The position numbers and the translations under genes were made by a program. A DNA stretch of 64,000 nucleotides from an uncultured bacterium (GTDB lineage: Bacteria > Bacillota > Clostridia > Oscillospirales > CAG-272): NCBI GenBank assembly GCA_949282345.1, contig CASDOQ010000014.1, forward strand, positions 2,567 to 66,566, in the 5' to 3' direction. Below the pieces are notes generated by a model. The model was not told the origin of the DNA. It worked only from the letters and a program-made list of their open reading frames with translations, and made no database searches. Shown here piece after piece: positions 18,269 through 28,500 of the stretch (its first letter is position 1; each line of letters starts with the position of its first letter).

Positions 18269-19870
18269 TCAGTTCCCCCACGTGTAGAAACGACGCACGC
18301 CGTCATACACGCGGTACCAGTTGAAATCAAAGCGGCGGCCGTCGGGCGTTTCAAAGCGCGAGGGGACGTTATGCCCCAGCCAGTCGGTCGGGTAGGCGCC
18401 GAGACCTCCGCGCGAGGCGATCGAGAAGATCTCGCGGATCCGCTTCATCTCGGCGGGGCGCAGGGTATGCGGCGTGACCGAGGCAAGCGTGACCGCCCCG
18501 CTGATCGCACAGGCTTCGAGAAAATCAAGGTTCAGACCGTGGTCTACCTGCGCCGTGAAGGCGGCACAGTCGGGATCGGCGGCGAAGAAGGTGCCGTTCT
18601 GCGGCAGACGCATGAGCGAGGCACCGCCGTCCCGGCGCGTGACCTCAAAGTTCCGGCCCGAGGTATCGCCGCCCGAACGCTGTACCGCATGGATTCCCGC
18701 CACCAGGTGGTTGACGGTGTTACAGCCGATGACGACGGCACCGCCCGCCGCCTCTTCCACCGTGCGGTAAAAATCGCGGAGGATCTCGGCGTTGGTCCGG
18801 GTGCGGTCGTAAAAATGCCAGTCCCCGTCGGCATACGGGTAGGTATCGGTGGTATCAAAGGTCGAAAAATCGTGTTTGATGAGGTCATAGCCCCATGAGC
18901 GGATCATGGCGGTATCGCGGCTCACCTGCTCTTTGGTAAAGGGATGTGAGGGATCGAGATAAAAACCGTCCCCGTGGCAGGGCTTCGGGCCTTCGGCTTC
19001 ACGGGGGACGCGGACGCAGGTCTGGAGCGGGCGGAACCAGATGCCTGCCCGGGCGCCCTTTTCGTGGATGGCCTCGGCCGTCTCACGCATCGAGGAAAAG
19101 CCCTCGTTGACAGCGTCCCACGGGCCGCCGTTATAGACCCCCGTGCGGGAGGTGAAGCGGTGGCGTTGCCAGCCGTCGTCGATCGTCATATAGGGGCGGC
19201 AGGCCGCGCCCTCGGTCATCTCCATGAGCGCGTCGGTTTCTTCCATGATCGAGGCGTGCGTGATATTCCCGTACGCCCAGTACCAGTTGTTGACCCCGAA
19301 GACCGGCTCTTTCGGCAGGTTGGGGCGGGGGCACATCATCCGGCAGAATTCGCGTGCGGCAAAATAGGGGATCTCGCCGGGGGTTCCCCGCCGGCAGACG
19401 ACCTCGGCCGCCCGGAGCGGTTCGCGGAGCGCAACGCCGCCTCCGCCGTTCCGCACGTCCAGCCAGAGCGTGATGCCGTAGGGATCGCATTCAAAGGTCG
19501 CCACGCAGGAGGGGCCCGTCCGCACGCCGAAGCCGTGCAGGGCTTCTCCGTCGTACAGATAGAAATACCACGGCATTTCAAGGTGCGGGGTGATGCCGCT
19601 CCAAGCCGTCTGTCCGACGGTGCGTTCATACGCATCCCCCATCATCATGAGCGAGTCGGAAAGGTCGCCCCGAAAGCGAAGCTTGACACGCTTATAAGGG
19701 CGTTCCGAGGGGTAGAGGACAACGACTCCTGCCCCGTCTTCCACCCGGTATTCCAGCCGTGCGGACTGCTCCTCGCGCCCGTCGGGCTCTTCAAAGCGGA
19801 CGCCGCTGTCCTCGTACTGGAAAAGAACGCTGTCGGGCTGACGGCAAAGGTCGATAAAAGAGTGCTTCAC
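18269..19870 (-). CDS. alpha-galactosidase-like glycoside hydrolase (clan GH-D, GH27/36-like)
   Basis: TIDDGWQ, IKHDF and AADPD motifs. I chose the GTG start at 19870 (SD aaaggagcgattgtttcGTG); it overlaps the upstream stop as GTGA. No signal peptide. Confidence 0.75.
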   Translation of the reverse strand: MKHSFIDLCRQPDSVLFQYEDSGVRFEEPDGREEQSARLEYRVEDGAGVVVLYPSERPYKRVKLRFRGDLSDSLMMMGDAYERTVGQTAWSGITPHLEMPWYFYLYDGEALHGFGVRTGPSCVATFECDPYGITLWLDVRNGGGGVALREPLRAAEVVCRRGTPGEIPYFAAREFCRMMCPRPNLPKEPVFGVNNWYWAYGNITHASIMEETDALMEMTEGAACRPYMTIDDGWQRHRFTSRTGVYNGGPWDAVNEGFSSMRETAEAIHEKGARAGIWFRPLQTCVRVPREAEGPKPCHGDGFYLDPSHPFTKEQVSRDTAMIRSWGYDLIKHDFSTFDTTDTYPYADGDWHFYDRTRTNAEILRDFYRTVEEAAGGAVVIGCNTVNHLVAGIHAVQRSGGDTSGRNFEVTRRDGGASLMRLPQNGTFFAADPDCAAFTAQVDHGLNLDFLEACAISGAVTLASVTPHTLRPAEMKRIREIFSIASRGGLGAYPTDWLGHNVPSRFETPDGRRFDFNWYRVYDGVRRFYTWGN

Positions 19871-21072
19871 GAAACAATCGCTCCTTTGGTTTTCTTTTTT
19901 CTTTTCCTGCGCTTGCTCTTGCGGGAGAGGTCGTTTTTCTTTTCTTCTGCCAGCGCGACGTAATGCGATCCGATTTCGGAAAGGATCTCGGGCCAGGGGC
20001 GCGGCAGGGTCGTCCGGGCGATTTCTCCGACTTCCCGGGCGAGCGGCAGGGCTTTTTCGATCACGGCCTCCATGTCTTCCGGGTCGTCGGGACGGCAAAG
20101 AAAGCCGTTTTTCCCGTCCTCAACGTCCTCCGCGGCGCAGGATCCTTCGGCAACGATCGAGGGCGTTCCGGCTATGGCGGCCTCACGCACCACGAGCGCG
20201 AAGGTGTCGTAGAGCGAGGGAAAGAGGAAGAGGTCTGCCGCCGCGAAAATACGCAGAAGCAGGTCGCGGTCAGAGATCTGTCCGGTAAAGAAGGTCGCGT
20301 CTCCGACTCCGATCTTCCCGGCATATGTACGGATGGCGTGCAGATCCGGCCCCTGTCCGACAAGAAGCAGCCTGCCCGCGCCATTTTTCTCACGGTAAAG
20401 GGCAAAGGCGTCGAGGATCAGACGGATATTCTTCTTCCAGTTCTGCTGACCGACGAAAAGAAAGAGCGGTTCTTTCGGGTAGTTTGGCCCCAGCAGAGTG
20501 GAGAGATATTCCTCCGCGGTGCCGGAGGGATTCCATTCTTCGGTACCGTTCGGCAGGACGCGGAGCTCCCCCTGATAGCCGTAAGAACGCAGGACCTCGG
20601 CGGCCTGTCGGCTGACGGTATAGACCGCGTCGCATTGATTAAAGAAAGAAACGACGTAGCGCACGCCGATCCGTGCCAAAAGACGGCTGTGGGTCGCTTT
20701 CAGGAAGTCATCGTAATACTTGGAGTGGAAAGTGGCGACGAGCGGAACGCCGCGCCGCCTCGCCACTCGTCGCGCGATCCTTCCCGCTAAAAAGGGCGAG
20801 TGTGCGTGGCAGACGTCAAAGGCGACGGCGTCGAGTTTTTTGATAAAAGAACGGTCGAAAAACGGGAAGCCGAAACGGTAGGCCATGCGCGGGATCCTGA
20901 GAGCGCGAAAGAGGAGCGTCCGGAAGGGGACGGGAGCCTCTTTGGCCCCCCCGGGGGCGACGTACCAACATTCGTTCCCGAGGGCGTCAAGCCCCTCGGT
21001 GTAGCGGCGGCAGACTACGCCGACTCCGTCGGTCTCGGGGGGGAAGACGTCGCAGAATTCTCCGATGATCAT
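19867..21072 (-). CDS. glycosyltransferase family 4 (GT-B) with a Lys/Arg-rich C-terminal tail
   Basis: N-terminal ETDGVG, C-terminal E-x7-E-like region (PSLYDTFALVVREAAIAGTPSI), and tail SRKSKRRKRKKKTKG. Its ATG overlaps the upstream stop (ATGA). Confidence 0.85.
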   Translation of the reverse strand: MIIGEFCDVFPPETDGVGVVCRRYTEGLDALGNECWYVAPGGAKEAPVPFRTLLFRALRIPRMAYRFGFPFFDRSFIKKLDAVAFDVCHAHSPFLAGRIARRVARRRGVPLVATFHSKYYDDFLKATHSRLLARIGVRYVVSFFNQCDAVYTVSRQAAEVLRSYGYQGELRVLPNGTEEWNPSGTAEEYLSTLLGPNYPKEPLFLFVGQQNWKKNIRLILDAFALYREKNGAGRLLLVGQGPDLHAIRTYAGKIGVGDATFFTGQISDRDLLLRIFAAADLFLFPSLYDTFALVVREAAIAGTPSIVAEGSCAAEDVEDGKNGFLCRPDDPEDMEAVIEKALPLAREVGEIARTTLPRPWPEILSEIGSHYVALAEEKKNDLSRKSKRRKRKKKTKGAIVS

Positions 21073-21818
21073 AGCGGGAGCTTATCAACCGGGAACATGA
21101 TCTTGAGCTGGTTGATCTTACTGCGGTAGGCGGCCTGCTGTTTTTCGGCGGTCAGTTTCTGATAGATCGTCTCGCGCGCTTCGGGATAGCTGATCGGCTT
21201 GGCCGCGTTCTTCGCGCCGACGCGGATCAGATGCCAGCCGAACTGGGTCTTGACCGGCTCGCTCACCTTGCCCGGTTCAAGCGCAAAAGCGGCGGCTTCA
21301 AATTCCGGCACCATCTGCCCGCGTCCGAATTCGCCGAGGGCGCCGCCGGCCTCGCGCGAGGGGCAGGAACTGTATTCCTTGGCGGCTTCTTCAAAGGTCA
21401 TCTCGCCGGAGGCGATCTTTTCAGCCACTTCCTTGGCCTTCTCCTCGCTGTCCACGAGGATGTGCGAGGCCGAAACGGTCTCCCCGGCGTTGAATTTATC
21501 GAGATTTTCGTCGTAGAATTTGCGGACTTCCTCCTCGGTGACGTTCACGCGGGAGAGGGCGCGGCGGATCGCGTACTCGGTGAGGAGCTGTTCCTTGGCG
21601 CGCTTCAGTTGTTCCCGGAATTCGGGTTCGGCTTCAAAGAGGTTTTTCTGCGCTTCCAACAGGAAGAGTTTGCGGCCGATCAGTTCTTCGAGCAGGGCCG
21701 CCCGTCCTTCGGGCGTCTTGTAGGCGTCGGCACGCGGGCCGAGCGCGGCATACATGGCGGCAAGATCGGCTTCGGTGATCGGCTGGCCTCCGACGGAGGC
21801 AAGAATTTTTTCGTTCAT
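21069..21818 (-). CDS. parvulin-type peptidyl-prolyl isomerase (PpiC/PrsA-like), no signal peptide
   Basis: 249 aa from ATG 21818 (SD aaggagaagatcATG). SASHILV...FEEAAKEYSSCPS...GGALGEFGRGQMVPEFE...QFGWHLI. Confidence 0.85.
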   Translation of the reverse strand: MNEKILASVGGQPITEADLAAMYAALGPRADAYKTPEGRAALLEELIGRKLFLLEAQKNLFEAEPEFREQLKRAKEQLLTEYAIRRALSRVNVTEEEVRKFYDENLDKFNAGETVSASHILVDSEEKAKEVAEKIASGEMTFEEAAKEYSSCPSREAGGALGEFGRGQMVPEFEAAAFALEPGKVSEPVKTQFGWHLIRVGAKNAAKPISYPEARETIYQKLTAEKQQAAYRSKINQLKIMFPVDKLPL

Positions 21819-21886
21819 GATCTTCTCCTTAGATAAGTGCGCGGCGCGCCCCTCCCCCGGGGAGAGGGCACCGCTTTTTCTTTGGG

Positions 21887-21921
21887 ATGCGTTTGAATAA
21901 TACTTGTGAATGCGTTTGAAT
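21887..21921. repeat. 12-bp direct repeat, 23-bp period
   Basis: atgcgtttgaat at 21887-21898 and 21910-21921, just downstream of the ileS stop. Confidence 0.85.
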
Positions 21922-21943
21922 GTGGGTTCCGTCCGGGCGGGGA

Positions 21944-24900
21944 TCAGAGTTTTTCCACCGTGATGCGGACGGTCTCGCCGTTCAGGTTCCATTCGCGGCC
22001 GTCGTTTCCGGCGAGAGAAAGCCTCTCGGCGAGGGTAGCGCGCAGGAGCTGTTCTTCGCGCTTTTTCGCCACGGCGGTGATCTTTTCGCTCCCGCCGACG
22101 GTGAGCGCGATATGGTCGGTCACTTCAAAGCCACTGTCCTTGCGCATCGTCTGCACCTTGCTGATCAGCTCGCGCAGATAGCCTTCTTCAATCAGTTCTT
22201 CGGTCAGGCGGACGTCGAGTACGACGGTCAGGCCGCGGTCGGAGAGCGATTCGTAACCCGGCTCCTTGATCTGCTCGATCAGGAGATCTTCTTCCCCGAG
22301 GGCGATGGCGGCACCGTCGGCGGCGTGCAGGACGAGTTGCCCGTCGGCCTTCAGGCGGTCGTAGGCTTCGTTCCCGTCTACCTTGGCAAGAGAATCGCGG
22401 ATAAAGGCGAGATGACGGCCGTATTTCGGACCCACGGTGCGGAGCTGCGGCTTGAAAAGATAGGTGGTGAAGGCGCGCACCGAATCGGTGAAGACGACCT
22501 CACGCAGATTCAGCTCGTCCCGGATAATATCGGTAAAGAAGGCGGGAAGCTTCCGGTCGCTCATCACGTACATGGCGGAAAGCGGCTGACGGTTCTTGAC
22601 CGAGGCGGCGTTGCGGCAGGCACGGCCGAGCGAGACGATCTCCAGCACTTTCTCCATATTTTCCTCGAGCTCATTGTCGATAAGAGCGGTATCGACCGCC
22701 GGGAAGTCGCACAGATGCACGCTTTCGGGGGCGGAGGGATCGTTCGTCCTGACGAGGTTCTGATAGATCTCTTCTGCTGTGAAGGGGATCATCGGCGCGG
22801 AGATCTTGGCCAGCGTCACCAGGGCGGTCGAGAGGGTATGGTAGGCGGCGATCTTGTCGGCCTCCATGCCGCGCGCCCAGAAGCGCTCGCGGCAACGGCG
22901 GACGTACCAGTTGCTCAGGTCGTTCACGAATTCCTGCAGGGCGCGGGCGGTCTCGGGGATTTCATAGGCCGCGAGGTGGCGGTCGACTTCCGCGACGGTC
23001 GTGTAGAGGCGCGAGAGGATCCAGCGATCCATGACGGTCCGCGCGGCGGGGTCGGCCGGGTATTTCACCGGGTCAAAGCCGTCGATGTTGGCGTACAGGG
23101 TAAAGAAGGCGTAGGTGTTCCAGAGTGTGCCGATGAATTTGTTGCGCCCTTCGAGCACGGCTCCCTCATGATACTTGTTCGGGAGCCACGGGGCACTGTT
23201 AGAATAGAAATACCAGCGGATGGCGTCGGCGCCGTATTTTCCGAGTTCCTCCATCGGGTCGACGGCGTTTCCCTTGGACTTGGACATCTTCTGCCCGTCC
23301 TTGTCCAGCACGTGGCCGAGCACGATGACGTTTTTATAAGGAGCCTTATTGAAGATCAGCGTGGAGATCGCCATGAGCGAATAGAACCAACCGCGCGTCT
23401 GGTCGATGGCCTCGCTGATAAAGTCGGCCGGGAAATTCTTTTCAAAGATCTCCTGGTTCTCAAAGGGGTAATGCCACTGCGCAAAGGGCATGGCGCCCGA
23501 ATCGAACCAGCAGTCGATGACCGCGCTGACGCGCTTCATCGTCCCGCCGCAGGCACGGCAGGGGATCGTCACGGCGTCGATATAGGGGCGGTGCAGTTCG
23601 ATGTCCGCCGGGCAGTTTTCCGAGAGCGATCGGAGTTCGGCGATCGAGCCGACCGAGATACGTTCCCCACAGGAGCACTCCCAGATGTTGAGCGGCGTTC
23701 CCCAATAGCGGTTCCGGGAAAGACCCCAGTCCTGCACGTTTTTCAGCCAGTCTCCGAATCGTCCTTCTCCGATATTGGCGGGGATCCAGTTGACGGTCTT
23801 GTTGTTGCGGATCAGGTCGTCGCGCACTTCGCTCATCCGGATAAACCAGGTGTCCTGGGCGTAATAGATGAGGGGGGTGTCGCAACGCCAGCAGAAGGGA
23901 TACTCGTGTTCAAATTTCGGCGCGGAGAAGAGCAAGCCCTCCCGGTCGAGATCGCGGAGGACCAGCGGGTCGGCATCCTTGACAAAGAGCCCGGCGTAGG
24001 GCGTGTCCTCGGTCAGGTTGCCCTTGGCGTCGACTTTCTGGATAAAGGGGAGATCATATTTTCTTCCGATGCGGCTGTCGTCTTCCCCGAAGGCCGGCGC
24101 GATATGGACGATGCCGGTACCGTCCGACATCGAAACGTAGGAATCGGTCACGACGAAATGCGCGCGCTGTCCCTGCGCGGCGGCGGTATCGGCGGCGCAG
24201 GCGTAGAGCGGCTCGTATTCACGCCCTTCGAGCGCCGCGCCCTTCATGGTTTCGAGGATCTCATAGGCGGGGGTGCCGTCCCCGCCGAGCGGGCCGAGGA
24301 TCTCTTCAAGAAGTGCCTTGGCCAGATAGTAGACCCGCCCGTCGGCCGCGCGGACGCGGCAGTAGTCCTCCGCGGCGTTGACGCAGAGAGCCGTGTTGGA
24401 AGGCAGGGTCCAGGGGGTGGTCGTCCAGGCTAAGAAATAGGCGTCCTCCCCGCGGGCACGGAAACGCACGACGGCCGAGCGTTCCTTGACGGTTTTATAA
24501 CCCTGCGCGACCTCGTGGCTCGAAAGCGGGGTGCCGCAACGCGGACAGTACGGCACGGTCTTGAAGCCGCGGTAGAGCAGGCCGCGGTCGTAGATCTGTT
24601 TCAGCGCCCACCACTCGGATTCGATGTACTCGTTATGATAGGTGACGTAGGGGTCTTTCATGTCGGCCCAGAACCCGACGGTCCCCGAGAACTCCTCCCA
24701 CATCCCTTTGTATTTCCAGACGCTCTTCTTGCACTCGTCGATGAAGGGCGCGATGCCGTACTGTTCGATCTGTTCTTTCCCGTCAAGGCCGAGCTTCTTT
24801 TCGACCTCCAGTTCTACCGGCAGCCCGTGGGTATCCCAACCGGCTTTCCGCAGAACGTGCGCGCCCTTCATGGCGCGGTAACGCGGGATCATATCCTTGA

Positions 24901-25090
24901 TGACGCGGGTCAGCACGTGGCCGATGTGCGGCTTGCCGTTTGCGGTCGGGGGTCCGTCGTAGAAGGTATAATTCTCTCCTTCCCGGCGGCTGTCGACGCT
25001 TTTTTCAAAGATCGAGTTTTCCTGCCAGAAACGCAGGACCTCTTTCTCCTGCTCCACGAAATTCACATTGGTGGGTACTTTTTTATACAT
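21944..25090 (-). CDS. ileS: isoleucine--tRNA ligase
   Basis: PHIGHVLT (HIGH) and KMSKSKGN (KMSKS) motifs plus Zn-finger CxxC pairs. 1048 aa from ATG 25090 (SD agggagaccccATG). Confidence 0.95.
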   Translation of the reverse strand: MYKKVPTNVNFVEQEKEVLRFWQENSIFEKSVDSRREGENYTFYDGPPTANGKPHIGHVLTRVIKDMIPRYRAMKGAHVLRKAGWDTHGLPVELEVEKKLGLDGKEQIEQYGIAPFIDECKKSVWKYKGMWEEFSGTVGFWADMKDPYVTYHNEYIESEWWALKQIYDRGLLYRGFKTVPYCPRCGTPLSSHEVAQGYKTVKERSAVVRFRARGEDAYFLAWTTTPWTLPSNTALCVNAAEDYCRVRAADGRVYYLAKALLEEILGPLGGDGTPAYEILETMKGAALEGREYEPLYACAADTAAAQGQRAHFVVTDSYVSMSDGTGIVHIAPAFGEDDSRIGRKYDLPFIQKVDAKGNLTEDTPYAGLFVKDADPLVLRDLDREGLLFSAPKFEHEYPFCWRCDTPLIYYAQDTWFIRMSEVRDDLIRNNKTVNWIPANIGEGRFGDWLKNVQDWGLSRNRYWGTPLNIWECSCGERISVGSIAELRSLSENCPADIELHRPYIDAVTIPCRACGGTMKRVSAVIDCWFDSGAMPFAQWHYPFENQEIFEKNFPADFISEAIDQTRGWFYSLMAISTLIFNKAPYKNVIVLGHVLDKDGQKMSKSKGNAVDPMEELGKYGADAIRWYFYSNSAPWLPNKYHEGAVLEGRNKFIGTLWNTYAFFTLYANIDGFDPVKYPADPAARTVMDRWILSRLYTTVAEVDRHLAAYEIPETARALQEFVNDLSNWYVRRCRERFWARGMEADKIAAYHTLSTALVTLAKISAPMIPFTAEEIYQNLVRTNDPSAPESVHLCDFPAVDTALIDNELEENMEKVLEIVSLGRACRNAASVKNRQPLSAMYVMSDRKLPAFFTDIIRDELNLREVVFTDSVRAFTTYLFKPQLRTVGPKYGRHLAFIRDSLAKVDGNEAYDRLKADGQLVLHAADGAAIALGEEDLLIEQIKEPGYESLSDRGLTVVLDVRLTEELIEEGYLRELISKVQTMRKDSGFEVTDHIALTVGGSEKITAVAKKREEQLLRATLAERLSLAGNDGREWNLNGETVRITVEKL

Positions 25091-25152
25091 GGGGTCTCCC
25101 TTTCTGCGCGCTCCCGTGCGAGGGCGCGTTAGTAATTCCAAATATAAAATCA

Positions 25153-25181
25153 ATTATATACATTTTTCCGGGGCTTGTCAA
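25153..25181 (-). promoter_or_regulatory. consensus sigma-70 promoter of ileS
   Basis: On the minus strand: TTGACA (25176-25181), 17 nt, TATAAT (25153-25158). The leader is only about 55 nt. Confidence 0.8.
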
Positions 25182-25240
25182 GCGGGACGGGCAAAAGACC
25201 GCTCCCCCGGGAGAAAATCCTAAAATCCTCGTCTCGGGGG

Positions 25241-25269
25241 TTGCTTTTGGGGGCGGTTTGTGATAGAAT
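25241..25269 (+). promoter_or_regulatory. sigma-70 promoter of the beta-helix lipoprotein gene
   Basis: TTGCTT (25241-25246), 17 nt, TGaTAGAAT (-10 at 25264-25269). This implies a 5' UTR of about 250 nt. Confidence 0.6.
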
Positions 25270-25420
25270 AACATTGTAAATCTTTTTTTCTGCCTGCACT
25301 TCGGGTTTTTCCTGCGTGCACTTCCGGCGCACGCGCGCATACACTGTTACGACGGGAAACGAAGATCCGCTCCCCCAGGACCCGGCAAAAAGACGACCGA
25401 CAGGAAGACCCGAAGACCGG

Positions 25421-25479
25421 CCGGTAAGCCCGAAAGAAAAAAAGAACCGTAAGCCAAAAGAAAAAAGACACCGTAAGCC
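25421..25479. repeat. ccg(g)taagcc motif x3 at ~25-bp period in an A-rich leader
   Basis: ccggtaagcc at 25421-25430; ccgtaagcc at 25447-25455 and 25471-25479. Each copy is followed by an a/g-rich run. Confidence 0.8.
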
Positions 25480-25527
25480 CAAAAAACGCGGCGCGGCCGC
25501 AAAAAAGCTGTAAGGAGGATATTCACA

Positions 25528-28500
25528 GTGAAAGCAACGGCAAAAGCGACATCGGGCGGCAGACGTGCCGTCCTCACGCTCCTTTCCTGCGTTCTGTTTC
25601 TCTGTCTGCTCGTCCCCGCCTTCTGCCTGACGGGATGCGGAGAGAAGCCCCCGGAGGACGGAAAGATCGAGGGGCTTGAGGACTACGTGATCCGCTATCC
25701 TGAAGGAATGGATAACGAGAGCTTCAAGGCGGTGCGCGCCTTCTGCCAGGAATTCCGGGAGAAGAGCGGCGTGTACATCCGAATGAAGGAGGATGTATAT
25801 CTGAAAGCCAACGGCATTCCGACCGGGACCAAGGAGATCCTGATCGGCATGACCAATCGCCCCGAGAGCAGCAGCATCCGCGTCGGCCGGGACGACTGGG
25901 CGATTTACTGGGAGAACGACCGGCTGGTCATCAACGGGGGCAGTCCCGCTTCTCTGATGGCGGCGGTACAGAAATATCTTTCGGAGTATCAGCGCGACGG
26001 CGACTATTATTATCCCGGCCAGGCGATCGTGAACCGGTCTGAGTATCGCTACGACGGCATGACTCTCGGCGGGCTCGACGTGACCGAATACGTGCTCGTC
26101 CACGGGCGTGACACGAAGGATCTGGCAGTCTATCTGCGCGACGCGGTGGCGGACGCCTGCGGCGTATTGATCCCGATCATTTCCGAAAAAGACGATCTCG
26201 TCGCGCACGAGATCCGCATCGGGGAACTCACGGGAGAACGGGCCGCGACGCTTCCCGCGACCGACGGATACGTCATTCAGAAGAGCGGCGACCATCTCAT
26301 CCTGAGCGGAAACGGTTACGAAGGGGCGTATTCCGCCGTCATAAAACTGACTGCCCGTCTTACGGGGCACGGCGGCACGCTGGCACTTCCCTTTTCGGGC
26401 GGGGAGACCGGGGCGTTGGTCGACACCCTGAGCTATTCGCTCGGACTGCCGCCGATCGGAGCGCTTGACGACTATGCCGAGGAAAGATACGAGACGACGG
26501 CGGAGAATGTTTTTGCCCGTTTTGAACTCGCGCGGGACGAATTGCCCGCGGAGGTCCGGCTGCTCGAGCGCGTCCGACACACCGACTATCCGATCGCCCT
26601 GAAGCGGCAGGTCTACGTCAGCCCGACGGGGGACGACAAGAACCCCGGTACGAAGGAAGCACCCTACGCGACGTTGGAACGCGCTCTGCGCGCCATGGAA
26701 AATAAAAACGGCGGGATCATCTGGATGATGGGCGGCACCTACGTGATGTCGGCCTCCGCCGAGATCGGTGTTCAGCACAGCGGCACGCCCGGTAGCCCGC
26801 TCTTCATCAAAGCCTACGAGGGAGAAAAGGTCACGCTGACCGCCAACCGGGAGTGGGATAAGGACGCCTTCTATCCCGCGACCGACGAGCCGCTGGTCGC
26901 CGATCTTGTGGCCCGCATCCCCGAATCGGCGCGGGACAAAGTGATGATCACCAGCCTGGAGGCGCAGGGGATGAACAAAAACAGCATCGCGCCGATCACG
27001 GCGGCGGGCGGACCTCCGCGGCTTTACCTCGGGGACGACGAGTATACCCTGGCCCGCTACCCGAACGCCGGGAGTGACATCCGGGAACTCCTCTACTTCA
27101 CGATGGTGGACGACACCGGGCGCGTCACGATCAAGGAAGGCTCCGATCTCTATGCCGCATGGGTAGAGCGTTGCCGCGCCGTCGGGATGGATCTCAACAC
27201 CCTGATCGGCTGGCAGATCCGTCTGCCGAGCGGAGACCGGGCGCAGGAGATGACCGACGAGGTGCTTTCCTGGGTCAATACCGGGAACATCTGGTATTTC
27301 GGCTCGGTTTTTGAGGGCTGGGAATTCGGATATTATAACCTTGCGCTCGAGATCAACGGGAAGCCCTATTGGCACTTCGGAGCGAACGGCGAAAAACTCC
27401 TCGGCACCTTTGTGGAGGGAGGCGAGAAAGCCGAGACCTGTACGGTGTATGACGAAAACGGCAACGCGACCGAAAAGCAGGGGCACTGGGCGCTGAAATC
27501 GCTGCAGGCCAACCCCTACGGCGCCAAACATTCGGGGAACTCCCCGGCGGGGCACAACACCTTCTATCTCTTCAATGCGATCGAAGCGCTGGACGCACCG
27601 GGCGAATGGTTTTATGACGAGGAGAGCGGCTATATCTTCTTGTATCCTACCGAGGACTTCGAGGAAAAGCCCCTCGCCCACGGGGTCGGCGGGAGTTACG
27701 ACATCATTCGGGCAAGCAACATGAAGAATCTTGTGATCGACGGGATCGAGATCGCCAGCGCAACGCAGAGAGGAATCTCGCTTACTTCCTGCGAAAACGT
27801 GACGATTCAGGATGTAATCGTAAAGAATACTATACAATCCAACCTTGCGGTGACCGCAAGCTCGCACGTGGCCGTTCTCTATTCGGACTTCTCGCGGAGC
27901 GTGAACTCCTCGCTCGTGCAGTTCTCGTCGAGCGAGTCCTTCCGCACTCTCACCCCGACGGAAAACACGGTGCAGAACTGCATCTTCCACGATACCGCGC
28001 CAATGCGCCAGATCGGGGTCACCTTTAGCGGGTGCCGCATGGTCGTTTCGCACAACTACTTCCGGAATTGTACCGTATCGGGCGGCGAGGCGGCCGACTG
28101 TATCATTGAATACAACCGCTTTGACGGCGGCAGCGCCGACGTGGTCGACGGCGGGATGATCTATCTGGCCGGCTGGACGTCCCGCGGCAACCATATGCGC
28201 TATAATCTCTTCCATATGTTCAACGCCACGCACAACGCCGTATATAACGACGGGCAGGCCAGCGGGAACTACACCTACGGCAATATGATCTCCACCATCG
28301 GCTCGAAATCCGATCTCAACAAGGGGTGGTATTCTTCCTCGGGGTACGGGAACGTCTGCTGGCAGAACATCATGATCCTCCGCAATCCCGCGCAGGTCGC
28401 CGCCAAGGGCGATGCGGTGGATGAAGCCGCGTCGATCCCGGCGGGCAGTTCCGATCAGGTCAACCAAAGCGCCCTCTTCTACTATTACTGGGATGATAAC

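Noticed and set aside
25091-25530. T-box riboswitch upstream of ileS.
   Set aside because: No T-box consensus, specifier-loop architecture or terminator U-run was found on the minus strand. The consensus promoter leaves only about 55 nt of leader.
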